DNA of 64,000 nt from Scenedesmus sp. PABB004. Its lineage: Eukaryota. Below the pieces are notes generated by a model. The model did no database searches. It was not told where the DNA came from and saw nothing but the letters and a program-made list of their open reading frames with translations. The translations under genes and the position numbers were made by a program. Location of the stretch: assembly GCA_014905635.1 (NCBI GenBank), contig JABVCE010000010.1:372001-436000 (forward strand), in the 5' to 3' direction. Below, in pieces: positions 12,372 to 23,678 of the stretch (position 1 is the stretch's first letter; each line of letters opens with the position of its first letter).

Positions 12372-12975
12372 GAGTGCGGGGAGAGGTGGCGTGGAGCGGA
12401 CCGCGACCCCGCGCCGGCTGCGCGCCGGCCGGCGCCGCCAGGGCTCACCGCGCAGCTTCGCTCCGCGCCGGCTCGCGCGCACCGCCTGCAGCTGCCGTCG
12501 CCACGCACACAGTCACTCCCCTGCCGCACCAAACCACTCAGCAGCCTCCAGCGATCCGCGGCGAGCTCCCGGCCCCGCGAGCCGGCCGCCGCCCGCCGCG
12601 CCTGCCGCTGCTGGCCGGGCCTGCACGCCCAGCGGCGAGGGCCGCACCGCAGCCGGGTCGATCATGCAGGCGGCCAGCGGCCGTCACGTGGGCCATCCAA
12701 GCCCCGCCCTGGCGCGGCCGGCAGGTGGGGCGGGCACGCAGCAGCGCTGCAGCAGGCGCCGGCACGCCCAGCTCGGCCCCTGGCGCGCGGCCCGCCCGCG
12801 CAGCGCGGTCACACGCACTGCCTCCGTCTGCGCCACCCCTCCCGCGCCTCCAGCCGCAGCAGCAGGGCCGGCCGCGCGCGGCGCGGCGGCGCAGCGGCGG
12901 CACCGGCGGCCCCTGCCCGCGGCCGCGGCGCCAGGCAGCGCTGGCCCGGCCCAGGGGCCGGCCCAGCCCTGGCTA
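12372..12975 (+). repeat. Inverted duplication C, copy 1 (5' region, ATG and transit-peptide coding sequence)
   Basis: Reverse complement of ~24990-25594; both copies encode MQAASGRHVGHP(S/G)PALARPAGGAGTQQRC. Confidence 0.9.
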
Positions 12976-13761
12976 CTGCTCCAGAGCCGGCGATCGCTGC
13001 TGGCCGTGCTGCTCGCCGCGCTCGGCAGCGGCGCCGCGCGCCCCGGCAGCGCGCGCGCGCGGGCCGCGCCGGCGCCGCGGACCTCGACGGCCGGCGACAA
13101 CGTCGGGCTGCTGTCGGACGCCGAGGTTGACCGGAAGCGCAAGAAGTGCGGCGAGCAGCAGCCGCCGGCGCAGCGCGGCGGCCCGCTCCGCGCGGCCCGC
13201 GCCGCTGAGGCCGCCGCCGCCGCCGCCGCCGCCCGGCGGGCGCAGGGGCGGCTTCCTGCGCGCCCACGACGGGCACGTCGCGATCCAGAGCAGATACACC
13301 AAGGCCTGGGTCGACATCAAATGCGACCTGCAGGTGCCGGGGCTGCTGCTGCTGCGTGAGCCAGGCGGCCAGGTGTATTACCTGGGGTATGCAGGGCTCA
13401 AGCAGGTGAGGCCCAAGGCCTGCACGCGAGCCCCCGCCGCACGCCCAGCGCCCCGCCGCGAGCCTCCCCCGGCGCTGCGCCGCGCCGCCCAGCCGCGCGC
13501 GCCGCCGCGCGCGCGGCGGCCCGAGCGCAGGTGGACCTGAGCGACGACACGGTCGTCCAGGCGGTCGCGGCGGACGACTGGGAGGACAGCATGCGCCCGG
13601 TGCAGGCCGAGACCCAGGCGGGCGGCGTGGAGGGGCTCGTGATGTCGCGCGAGGACTTTTACGCCCTCGTGTCGCTCACCAGCGACGAGGACGCGGGCGC
13701 GCCCGCCGAGGCCGGCGGCGGCGCGGGCGGCGGCACGGGCGGCGGCCGGCGCGGGCGGTGA
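12664..13761 (+). CDS. Uncharacterised predicted thylakoid-lumen protein with bipartite transit peptide and Tat signal (3 exons)
   Basis: An Ala/Arg/Ser-rich transit peptide is followed by SRRSLLAVLLAALGSGAARPGSARA (twin Arg, hydrophobic core, AxA). Mature part: GGFLRAHDGHVAIQSRYTKAWVDIKCDLQVPGLLLLREPGGQVYYLGYAGLKQ|VDLSDDTVVQAVAADDWEDSMRPVQ. GT-AG introns begin at ~13146 and ~13406. Confidence 0.7.
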
Positions 13762-13957
13762 CGGGCGTGGCGGTGATGCGGGCAACGGCGCTCCTGCCTC
13801 AGCCGCGCGTGCTCGGCGGTCGCGTGGGCCAGCACAGCAGGGCAGGTCACGGGCAGCGGTTGCTCCTGACCAGCAGCCTGCCGCAAGTTCCCGCAGAGAG
13901 CACGAGCACTCAGCATTCGTCGTGCGCGCACACCGTGCCGCCCCCCCCCCCCCCCCC

Positions 13958-15164
13958 TCACACGCCGTTGGTCAGGGCATGCACGCCGTTCGCATGGCCC
14001 CCGTTGGCCGCGCCGTTGGCCTTGATGGCGCCGCCGCCCGCGCCGTTGGCCGAGCCGCCGGGGTGCGGCGGCGCCGGGCAGCCGCTGCTCTGCCGGCGCA
14101 CGTGCCGCCCCGGCTGCAGGCCCGCCGCCTCGGCGGTCTGCGTGTGATCGTAGATGTGGAGTGCGTCCCCTGCGGCAGGGCGGCGTCCGCGCGGCGGGCG
14201 CGCGGGGGCGCGTCGGCGGGCGCGCCGCCGCGCCGGCCGCCCGGCCCGGCGCGCCAGCGCGGCCATCTCGCGCGCAGGCGCCCGTCCCTGCCCTGCCGCC
14301 GCCGCGTCACGCACATGGGTAGACACACCAGCAGTCCTCGATCTCCAGGCCAGCCCAGTAGCGGCTGCGCATGATGTGCTCCGGGAGTGAAGCCAGCTTG
14401 GGGCGCTGCTTGTTATGCAGCACAAAGACACCCAGCTCCGGCGCCGCCCACGGCGCGCCGCCCGCGCCCTCGTGCGCGGCGCGCTCGGCCGCGACGTCCG
14501 CCTCGAGCTCCGCCAGCGCGTGCGCGAGCGTCTTGCGGCTGTCGTCGACCTGCGCGCGTGCGCGGCGGGCGGCGCCGCGTGGCGTTGTCTGCTGGCGCTG
14601 AGGCGGGCTGGCGCCAGGCAGGCGGCCGCACCTCGTCGACGATCAGAATGCGCTGGCCCTGCAGCAGCACCTGGCCGGGCCCCGTGCCGTAGCTCAGCCA
14701 CTGCGTGCGCTGCACCGGCGACGTGCTGCGGGGCGGCGCACGGCGGCGGCGAGCGCGGCGGCAGGCTCGGCCGCCGCGCACTGCGGCGGGCAGCCGCCCG
14801 GGCGCGCCCCGGCTCTCCCTCCCTGCCCCCGCAGCGCGCGTGCCTGGGGTCGCAGCCGTCCACGTCGTATAGCTGCAGGCCGATGGTCTGGATGGGCACG
14901 TTGGCGCCGAGCTTGTGCTTAAGGAAGGACCGCAGGATGCGCGTCGGCACAAAGCTGGGACGCGGCGCGGAGGGCGCGGCGTCAGCAGGCAGGCAGGCTG
15001 CTGCCGCTGGCGAGCAGCGCGCCCCGGCGAACCCACCCGCCGGCGGCGATGCAGATGATCAACGTCGGCCGCCACTCGTCCCACCACGGCTCCTCCATCA
15101 CGGCACAGCGCACCAGCTCGTGCACCTGCTCATACGACCAGTAGCGCTTGCCGTCCGCCGCCAT
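13958..15164 (-). CDS. Xanthine/hypoxanthine-guanine phosphoribosyltransferase, type I PRTase (yeast XPT1/HPT1-like, 5 exons)
   Basis: IICIAAGGFVPTRILRSFLK, PRPP-binding motif RILIVDE|VDDSRKTL, GVFVLHNKQRPK, WCVYPWD. Confidence 0.85.
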
Positions 15165-15961
15165 CTCTGCGCGCGGGCGGGCAGGCGGCGGCGGCGAATG
15201 CAACTCCGGCGGCAGCCTGCGATCGCGCCGCCCTGGCCGTCACTGAGCTGGCAGACGCCGACAGGGGCCAGGCGCCTGCGCCGCGGGGCCCCGCACCGGC
15301 AGCACTCAGGCGAGTGATTGCGGAGCAGCAGAGCTGAGTGAGGGAGCGGTGCGCGCGGCCTCCCGGGAGGCGCGGTGCGTGGCGTGAAGAGCGTGTGTGC
15401 GTCTCGTGCGGGCGCGGCGCTGTGGAGCGGGCGCGGCGCGGCTGGGAGCGTGAAGCGTGGGAGTCGCACGTGCTGCTGGGGCTCCGACACGCGCAAGCCG
15501 CGCCGCGCAGCCCGCGCGCGCACGCCGCGGCGCGTCGCACACTGCACGAGCGGGCGGAGCTCAGCGCGCGCTCGCCCGGCCGCGGCGCTGCGCCCCTCGT
15601 CGTTGCCGTCCGGCGGCGGCCAGCACCCCGCGGCGCGCTGGTTGACCGCCCGCGCCGCGCGCGCCGCCGGCCCCGGCGGCGACCGGCGGCCCGGCGCCGC
15701 CAGATACCTGGGCGGAGGGCGGCCCGCGCGGCGGGCGCCGCCGCGGCCAGCGCGCGGCGCAGAGGGCCGTGCGCGCGGCTCCAGCCCACACGGGCGCGCG
15801 TCGTCGAACCACGCACGCCTGTTACAGACCGTGCCGGTCCCGTTCGCGCGCGGCGCGGGCGGCCCGCCCCCACGCGCCCAGCGCGGCGGCGGGCGCAGAC
15901 GGATCGTGAACGTGCGGGCCTCACCCCCGTGCGGCGCCCGTGGGGCGAGGAGCGAACACGC
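14884..15961 (-). repeat. Inverted duplication B, copy 2
   Basis: Reverse complement of 11289-12356. Confidence 0.95.
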
Positions 15962-16249
15962 GTGACGGAGGATTGGTACGTGGAAACATGCATGCTTCCA
16001 GATGGCCGGCCGCGGGTTTTTATGTTGACTCGTTGACGAGCGCCGCCTCATGCGAGGCTGGCACTGCAGTGCGCGACTCGACTCCGCTGCGACGAGCAGA
16101 GCACACACGCCCGCCCCGCGTGCGCGCGTGCTCCGTGCATTGAGTTGAAGGTGTGCCCTCGAAAAACGTTGGGTTGCGCTCAAAACACACTCGCGCCGGC
16201 CCCCCTCCACACGCCCAGCAGGTGACAGCAGCCTGCCCGCAGCGCCGCG

Positions 16250-18382
16250 TCACAGCAGGACGGCCAGGCCCCCCGCGAGCGCGGCGGCGACGGCCGCGAG
16301 CGCCGCGGCCGCGCGCCCGCGCGCCGCGCCGGCGGCCGCGCCGCTCGTCGGCGTGGGGCAGTTGAGCGCCTGCGTGCTGCCAAAGGTCCCGATCTCGGAC
16401 GGGCTCACCCCCAGCTTGGCGTAGGTGGACTCCAGCGCGGGCTGCACGATGCGCAGCACGTTGGGCGGCACCGGCGCGCCGGGCGTCATCACGGCCTTGA
16501 CCGCCGCGGCGCTGCGGTTGTTGGCCGCCGCAACGAGCGGCTCGATCGTGCGGAAGAACGCGGCGCCCTCCGCCTGCGCGGCGCGGCGCGGCGCGCGGCG
16601 CGGCAGCTTTGTTTTTTGTGTACGCAGGCATGCGCGCGGCCGGGGCAGGGGGGCGTCGCACGCGGCAGACGGCGGGGCGCGCGGCGAGGGCGGCGGGTGC
16701 TGCGGCTCTCCCGGGGCGCGCGCGCAGACGCGCTGGCCCCCCGCCGCCCCACGCCCGCCGCGCCGCGCCGCGCCGCGCCGCGCCGCACGCGCCTGGTCGG
16801 CGTCGAGCGTCTCCTTGTCGTTGTTGGCGACCGCCCGGTCCATGAGCGTCGCGTACTTCAGCGTCGCCTGCGGCGCGCGGCGCCCCGGCGCGCGGCGCGG
16901 CGGCAGCGGCGGGGCGTCAGGCCACACCCCGCGGGGCGGGCGCGCCGCCGCCGCCGCCGCCGCATTGACACCGCCGCGCCGGCCACGCGCCGCGTTCAGG
17001 CGCGGCGCGCGCCTGGATGTAGGTGACGACGAAGAGGCGGACGACCTCGGCGCGCGCGGCCTCAAACGCGCGCAGGTTGCCCTCGCTCGCGGCGGCGTAG
17101 AGCTGGCGGTGCGCGGCGAGCATCGCCGCGTTGACCATGCTGCGGCGCGGCGCGGCACGCAGAGCGGGAGGGGCGCGGGGCAGGGGGCGTCGGCGAGCGC
17201 GCGCACGCAGGCGCGCTGCGCTGAGCGGGCGCTGAGCGGGCGCTGAGCGGGCCCGCGCCGCGCGCCCGCGCTCGCCTGGTGTCGCAGCCCTGCAGCGTGC
17301 CGAACTCGCGCGCGCGCCGGTGGCTGGCGCCCCAAAGGCTGCAGTCGGGGCGCTCTCCGACGTAGATCGCCCAGGTCTCGTCCACGTTGTGGGGCGCGCC
17401 TGCGCGGCGGCGGCGGTGCGCAGCGCGTGGACGCCCCCGGCGCGGCGCCTCGGGTGCGGCCCCCGGCCCGCGCGCCTGCGCGCCCGTGCTCAGCGCGCGC
17501 CGGCGCGCGCCGCACCGTCCTTGGGCGAGAGCTTCTTGGCCTTGATCTTCTCCGCCGCCTCGTCCAGCTCATGCAGCAGGTACACCTGGGCCGCCGCGCG
17601 CAGGGAAGGCGGCGGCGCGGGGCGGCGCACGCGTCGGCCGGACGCCCAGCGCCGCGCCGGCGCCGAAGCGGCGCGCCCCGCCCGACGCCCGACGCCCAGC
17701 GCGCCGCCGCCGCCGCCGCGGCGCGCCGTCTGCAGGTTGCTCTCGAGGCCCTTGACGATCGTCTCGTTGCGCTGCCCCGTGGTGAGGTACGGCGCGTCGC
17801 CGGCAAAGGCAAAGCTCACGGGCTGGTCCAGGAACGCGGCCGTGCCAAAGTGCTCCGCGTAGAGATCAAACACCGGCTCGCCCGCGTAGCTCTTGGTCGC
17901 CAGCTCTGGCGGTGCGCGGCGCGCGGGCGCGCGGTGGGGCGCGGCGCGGACCGCGGCGGCGGCCGGGGCGCCGTGCGCGGCGCGGCGCGGCGCGCGCACC
18001 GCGCAGCGTGCGGATCGTGCCGTCGCTCTTGTACGAGTTCTTGCCGTCGATGTAGATCTTACGCGCCTCAGCGTAGTCGGGGTTGGCGTCGGGGCTGCGC
18101 GCGCGGCGCGCGGCGGCGCGCGCGTGGGCCGGCGCGCGGCGGCGCGGCGGCGCGCCTGGCGGCTCTTTTGATGTTGCACCCGATGGCCTTCTTGATGTCG
18201 CAGACATCCGTCGAGAGGCGCAGGTAGCCCGCCACGTCGCTGCCAAAGGTGTAGCCCGGGGCGTGGCTGATCTGGGAGCCGGTGGTGTCGGTGTAGCCCG
18301 CGGGCGCGGCGCCGGCGGCGCCGGCGGCGCACAGCGCGCCCACGAGCGCGGCCGACAGCAGCGTGCGGGCGAGGCGGGCCAT
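16250..18382 (-). CDS. FEA1: FEA1/H43-family iron-assimilation protein with signal peptide and putative GPI-anchor tail (8 exons)
   Basis: Signal peptide MARLARTLLSAALVGALCAAGAAG. Family-like motifs AEARKIYIDGKNSYKSDGTIRTL, VYLLHELDEA, HNVDETWAIYVG, RRAREFGT, VTYIQATLKYA and AEGAAFFRTIEP. Hydrophobic C-terminus SGAAAGAARGRAAAALAAVAAALAGGLAVLL. Confidence 0.8.
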
Positions 18383-18822
18383 GGCGGCGCTGCTGGGGAG
18401 GCCCGGGAGAGGTCGGGGGCGGGCTGGCGGGCGGGGAGGCGTCGCGGACGGGGAGGCGCGTGGGCTGGGAGGCGGGAGGCGTGGATTGGCGCGACGGGTC
18501 AATGGAAAAGGCAGGCTGCGGCGTGGTGTGGTCGATGGGAGAGCTGGACCGCGTGGCCTCTGAGCCCGCGGAGGCGCGTGCCGCCCGGGCGGGGCGCGTG
18601 CGGGCGCGTGCGGCGCGCGCTTCCTCCAACCGTGCGGTCGCACGCGCGACCTGCGCCCTTGAAGCGGCAGCCTTCACTGACGCTCCCCGGCCGCGGGCCG
18701 CGGCGAGGGAGAGGCGCGCGCGGCGGCGGCCGGGCGTCACCGGCGCCGGTGACGTCTGCTGCTGCACACGCTGCCTCTCAGGGGGCAGGCGCAGCGCCGT
18801 TCGCAGGCGCTGAGGTTCGCCC

Positions 18823-19070
18823 CAGCTGCACACGCGGCCTCCCCACCCCACCCCTGGTCGTTCGTGCGCGGCGAGGGCAGGGTTTGACGTGTGCACGCCG
18901 CGCGCGAGTGTCACTACTAAGCCTGACGTAACTCTCCCCCTCCCGCAGCAGCAGCACCAGGTCGGCGGCACGCTGAACCCGGCTCAACTGCGCTCAGCCC
19001 GCCCCGCGCCGCAACCGCGCCGAGCTCACCCGGCGCTGCTGAACGCGCTGCAGTCCGGCCCCGAAAACCC
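18823..19070 (-). repeat. Inverted duplication A, copy 2 (orphan A2M 3'-end fragment)
   Basis: Reverse complement of 6497-6736, including GFSGPDCSAFSSAG-stop. Confidence 0.9.
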
Positions 19071-19309
19071 ACGCCCGCCAGCACCACCGGGCACGCGCGC
19101 GCGCTCGAATCGCACGCGATTGCAGCGCCCCGCGCGCGGCGCGGCGCGCCCACGCCGTGCTCCCGCGCGGCAGACACTGAGGGTGTCCGCCGCCGCCGGT
19201 GCGCGTCTCGTGGGCGCTCGAGCCCTTATTCTTGCTCATTCAGCAGAGCCGGCGTTGACCGGAGCCGTGCGTGGTCAACGGCGTTGACCAGACGTTGACC
19301 CATCGCCCC

Positions 19310-20852
19310 TCACCAGCCGCGCACGTTGACCAGGTAGCCGTAGACGTTGCCCGACCCCCAGCCCGGGCCGCACGCGTTGCCGACGCACGGCGCCGCGCGC
19401 GCGGCCGCGAGCATCACAGAGTAGGGCCCCGCCGCCGACGTCGCGGCGCCGCCGCGCAGCGCGCACGCGCCCGCGAGCGCGCAGCGCGCAAACGCGCCCG
19501 TAACAAACGGCGTCGCCATGCTGCGGCGGCAGGGCGGCGGCGGGGCGGCGGGGGTGAGGCGGCGTGATCGTCAGCGCGGCGCTCGGGTCGGCGACGGCGC
19601 CCGTGTGGCAGCGGCCAACGGCCTGCGCGGCGCGGCCCCGCCGCGGCCGCACCTGGTGCCGCTGAGGGTCTTGTACGAGCCACCGATGTAGGTCGAGTAA
19701 ATGTTGGACCCTGAACCGCGGCGGACGTACGTGCGCGCGGCGGCGGCGGCGTCAGGGCGGCAGCCCGCGGCGCTCGACGCGGGCCCAGGCCTGGGCCTGG
19801 CTGCGTGCCTGGTGCCCGCGGCGGGGCCCGCGCGCGCGCGTGGGGTTTAGGCCCCAACCCTTCAGCCCTAAACCCCGCGCACCCGGCGCGGCGATCAGGA
19901 AGTGCTTGGCGCTGCCGGGCGCGCCGTAGTTGCTGAACGACGACGGCGCGCTGTCCGACGTCAGCGACGTCACCGTCATCGCGGCGGCGCACTGCGCGGG
20001 GATGGTGGAGCCGTAGTTGGTCCCCTCGTTGCCTGCGCGCGCGCGTGAGCGTCACGTTGAGGCGGGCGGCACATGGTGGGGGCGGCCGGCGGCGCGGGGC
20101 CCGACACGCGGCGCGGGGCTCGGCACGTGGTGCGCGCGCTCGGCGGCCGGCCGCGCGCGCCCCGCGCGCCGCGCCGCCCCGCACCCGCCGCGACGGCGAC
20201 GGCGGTGCCGTACGCGGCGATGCGGGAGACCCAGTCGCACTCGGTCTGCACCGTCGCCGCGTCCGACACGGCCGCGCCGAGGCTGAGGTTGACCGACGCG
20301 ATCGCCTCGCCGCCCTGCAGGCGCTCCAGGACCTTAGCATACGCCGTCCACACGCGGTCCTGCGCGCGCGACGGGGCGGCGGGCGGCGGGGGCGCCCGCA
20401 GACAGAGCCCTCTCAGCCCCGCGCTGCCGCGCACGCTGCGCGCGCTGCGCGCCCCGCGCCGCCCGGGGGAGCGCCGGCCGCGCCCGGGCCGGGCGCGCAC
20501 CACGGCGCCGCTGCCCGAGGCGCTGAGCGTCTTCATCGCGACGATGGGCAGCCCCGGCACGACGCCAAACACGCCCGACCCCTGGTTGCGCGCGCCGATG
20601 ATGCCCGCGACGTGCGTGCCTGGCGGCCGGCGCGGCGCGGCCGCGTGGTCGGCGCACGGGCCGCGCCGCGCTCGCACTCGCGCGCGCGGCGCGCGGCGCG
20701 CGGCGCGGCCGTGAGGGCCGCCAGCGCAGCCGGCTGGCCGCACCGTGGCCGTTGCCGTCGCGGCCGTAGTAGGTGCTCCCTGGCTGGTCCCACAGGTCAA
20801 TGAACTCCACCACGTTGATGTCGGGGTGCGACTCCACACCTGCGCGGCGGCC

Positions 20853-20885
<33 letters not shown>

Positions 20886-23244
20886 ACGGGCGCGGCGGCC
20901 TCGGCCCAGCCCGGCCCGGCCCAGCGCGGGCCACGGCCCAGGCGGGGCGCGGGGGGCTCAGGGCGCGCGGGGCGCGCGGGGGCGCACCCGTGTCGATGAC
21001 GACCGACTTGATGCCGCTCGCGGCGATCGCCGCGTCGGGGTTGATCGTCGTGCCGGCGATGCTGTCGTACGCGCCGATGCGCGCGAGGCCCCAGTTGGCC
21101 CGGCTCTCGCCCGGCAGCAGCGGCCCGACCGGCAGCGGGGCGGGGCCGGGCGCCGGCCCGGCGGCGGCGGCCCCGGCGGCGCCGGCGCCGGCGGCGGCGG
21201 GCCGGCCGGCGGCGGCGGCGGCGGCCCGGCCGGCAGCCGGCCGCACACGCGGGCAGGGATGCCGGCGACCTGGAACGGCGGCACGCCGCACTGCCCGAGC
21301 CAGTCGGCCTGTTGCTTCGCGTTCAGGCTCGCGCGGCTCAGTGCCTGGCAGGGCGTGCCCGGCAGGGCCATGGTCTGCCACTCAATCAGGGCGCCGTTGG
21401 GCCCGCAGGGCGTGCCGGAGTAGGTCACGGCGCGCGAGGAGGAGCCGGCGCAGAGCGGCGCGCTGGCCGTGACAGCAAAGCTGCCCAGCTTGCTCGCGTC
21501 CACGCACGCCGAGTCTGCGGCGCGCGCCGGCGCGGCGGCGCGGCGGCGGCGCGCGCGTCGGCGCGTGCGCGTGCCTGGAGAGGGCGCCGCCGCGGCCGCC
21601 GGGCCGCGGCGCGCCGGGCGCCCGCCCGGCGCCGCGCCGCCGCGCACCCGCGGTCTCGGGGCAGACGTTGGTGGGCACGCCGACAAAGAGGCTGGGCGGC
21701 ACGCCGCAGTCGCCAAAGTACATGCCCAGGGCCGTCGCGTTGCGCTCGCGCGAGCGCAGGTACAGGCAGCCGCCGACCTGCTGCCCCGTGGCTGGGGTAT
21801 AGGCAAATATGCCGGTCCACCTGGCGGCGGCGGTTTTGTTTTTTTGCGGTTCAGGCCTAGAGCGGCAGCGGCGGCGGCGGCTCGAGCCGCGCGCCCCCCG
21901 GCGCGCGCCCGGCCGGCCGCGCCGCGGCGGCGCGCTTGACGCAGGCCGCTGGTCCAGGCCGCTGCGGGGCGTGCGGCGGGGGCGCACCTGAACTTGTCGA
22001 GGCTGGGGCCGCAGCGCTCGCCAAACAGGGCGAGCGCGGTGCTGCCGGTGAGGCAGTTTGGCCACTGAATGTTGGCGCCCGGCGCGGGCGTGCCGCGCAC
22101 GGCCGCCGCCAGGTTTGCCGGCCAGCAGGTGGCGGCGGCGCCTGCGCGCCCGCGGCGGGAGGGGCGTGGCTCCGCGTGTGAGGGCACTGGCCGCGCGGGG
22201 AGGCGGGCGCCGCCCGGCCCCGCGCGCGCGCGCCGTGCGCCGTACCGTCGGCGGCCGGCTCGGCCGTCTGCGCCAGCCCGCGCCGCTCTACCCGGACCAC
22301 CCTGTTCTGCACCACCGCCGCCACCTCGGGCAGCACGCGCACCGCGGCGGCCACGCTGGCCGGCGCCAGCTCGGCGGGGGCCTCGAGCACGGCGGTGCTG
22401 GGGATGCCGCGCGGCGTCGCGGTCGTGCGCAGCACGCGCACGAGGCGGCTCACGTCCTCGGCCGTGACCAGCGAGCCGCTCTCGATGGCCTCGGCCGCGA
22501 CCGCGGTCGCGCGCGCGTGCGCGCTGCGTGGCGCGCGACGGGGGGCGCGCGCGCGTGAGCCCGCTCTGCGCCGCCGTGCGGCGCGCGTGGCGGCCGCGCC
22601 ACCCCGCTGCCCAGCTCCAGCCTCACCGCGCCGTCGCGGCCGCCACGTCGTCCACGGTGTCCTTGTAAACAACAATGAACTCACCCTCAATGGCAGCCCC
22701 TGCGCGCGCAGCGCAGCGCAGCACGGCCGTGCGGCGGCCCGCAGGGCTCAGCGCGCGGGCGGGGCGCGCGCTCGAGCGCGCGGCGCGGCTCGACCGAGTA
22801 CATGCCGCGGGCTGGAGGTCTCCCGTGAGCTGGGCGGGGCGCCGCTGGCGCTGCGAGCTGACAGGCGGCCGCCAGCCGCGCGGCGGCGGCCAGCCCTGCG
22901 CGGCCGCGCTGGCAGCTGCCGCGCTGAGCTGCCACCGTCGAGTGAGGGGGGCGCGCGCGCGCAGCTGCGAGCGGCGCCGCCGCACCCGCAGGCAGGTCGT
23001 CGGCGATGGCCGAGGACGTCCGCGCCCGCCGGCTGCGCGGCCGCGCGGTGACCAGCGGGCTCGGCAGCAGCCGCGCCGGCGCCGCCGCCGCCGCGCCCGC
23101 AACGGCCGACGTGCTGCTCTCCAGCTCTGCCGTGAGGCGGGTGCGACCACTGGGACCGCTCGCGAGCGGCAGCGTCGGCTGGGCGGCCGTGAGGGCCAGC
23201 CCGGCCGCGAGGGCCAGCAGCAGCGCCCCGCGCCGCTGAGGCAT
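19310..23244 (-). CDS. Secreted subtilisin-like S8 serine peptidase with I9-like prodomain and duplicated Cys-rich insert (~12 exons)
   Basis: Signal peptide MPQRRGALLLALAAGLALTAA; prodomain IEGEFIVVYKD; catalytic motifs VVIDTG, DGNGHGTHVAGIIGA, VAAGN and LSGTSMATPFVTG. An alternative in-frame ATG lies at 23262. Confidence 0.9.
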
Positions 23245-23678
23245 CGCGCGTGGGGCGCGCATGGCTGAAATGAATGGTGGAAGTAAACTACGCGTCCAGT
23301 CGCGAGCGATGGACCCGGGGTGGCGCGTGGGCGCGGAGCGGCCTCGCTCGATTGGCGCGCTCGGGCTCGCTCGGCGCGGGGGCGACGGAAACTAGCTCTG
23401 CGCCGCGCTGGGATGACGGAAACACAAGCTTCTGGGTGATAGGGGCCACCGCGGAGCAGCTCGGGCGGCCTGCGGAAGTGCAAGGGTGGCTGTTCGCGCG
23501 CCGCGGAGCTGCTGGCTGCGGGCCCTCCCGCCGCGCCTGGGCGCGAGGGGTACCAGTCGGGGGAGCTCCTTACAGATCTCCGGGGAGAGTACCCGCCGCG
23601 CCGCCGCCTGCGCGCAGCCGGCGTCATCGCGCCAGCCCGCCTCCGCCCGCCACGGACGGCGCGCGCGCGCGCGCGCGC

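Noticed and set aside
1..23262. A2M inhibitor and subtilisin as a dedicated protease/inhibitor pair
   Set aside because: They are ~13 kb apart with four unrelated genes between them, and undoing the inferred inversion does not make them adjacent.
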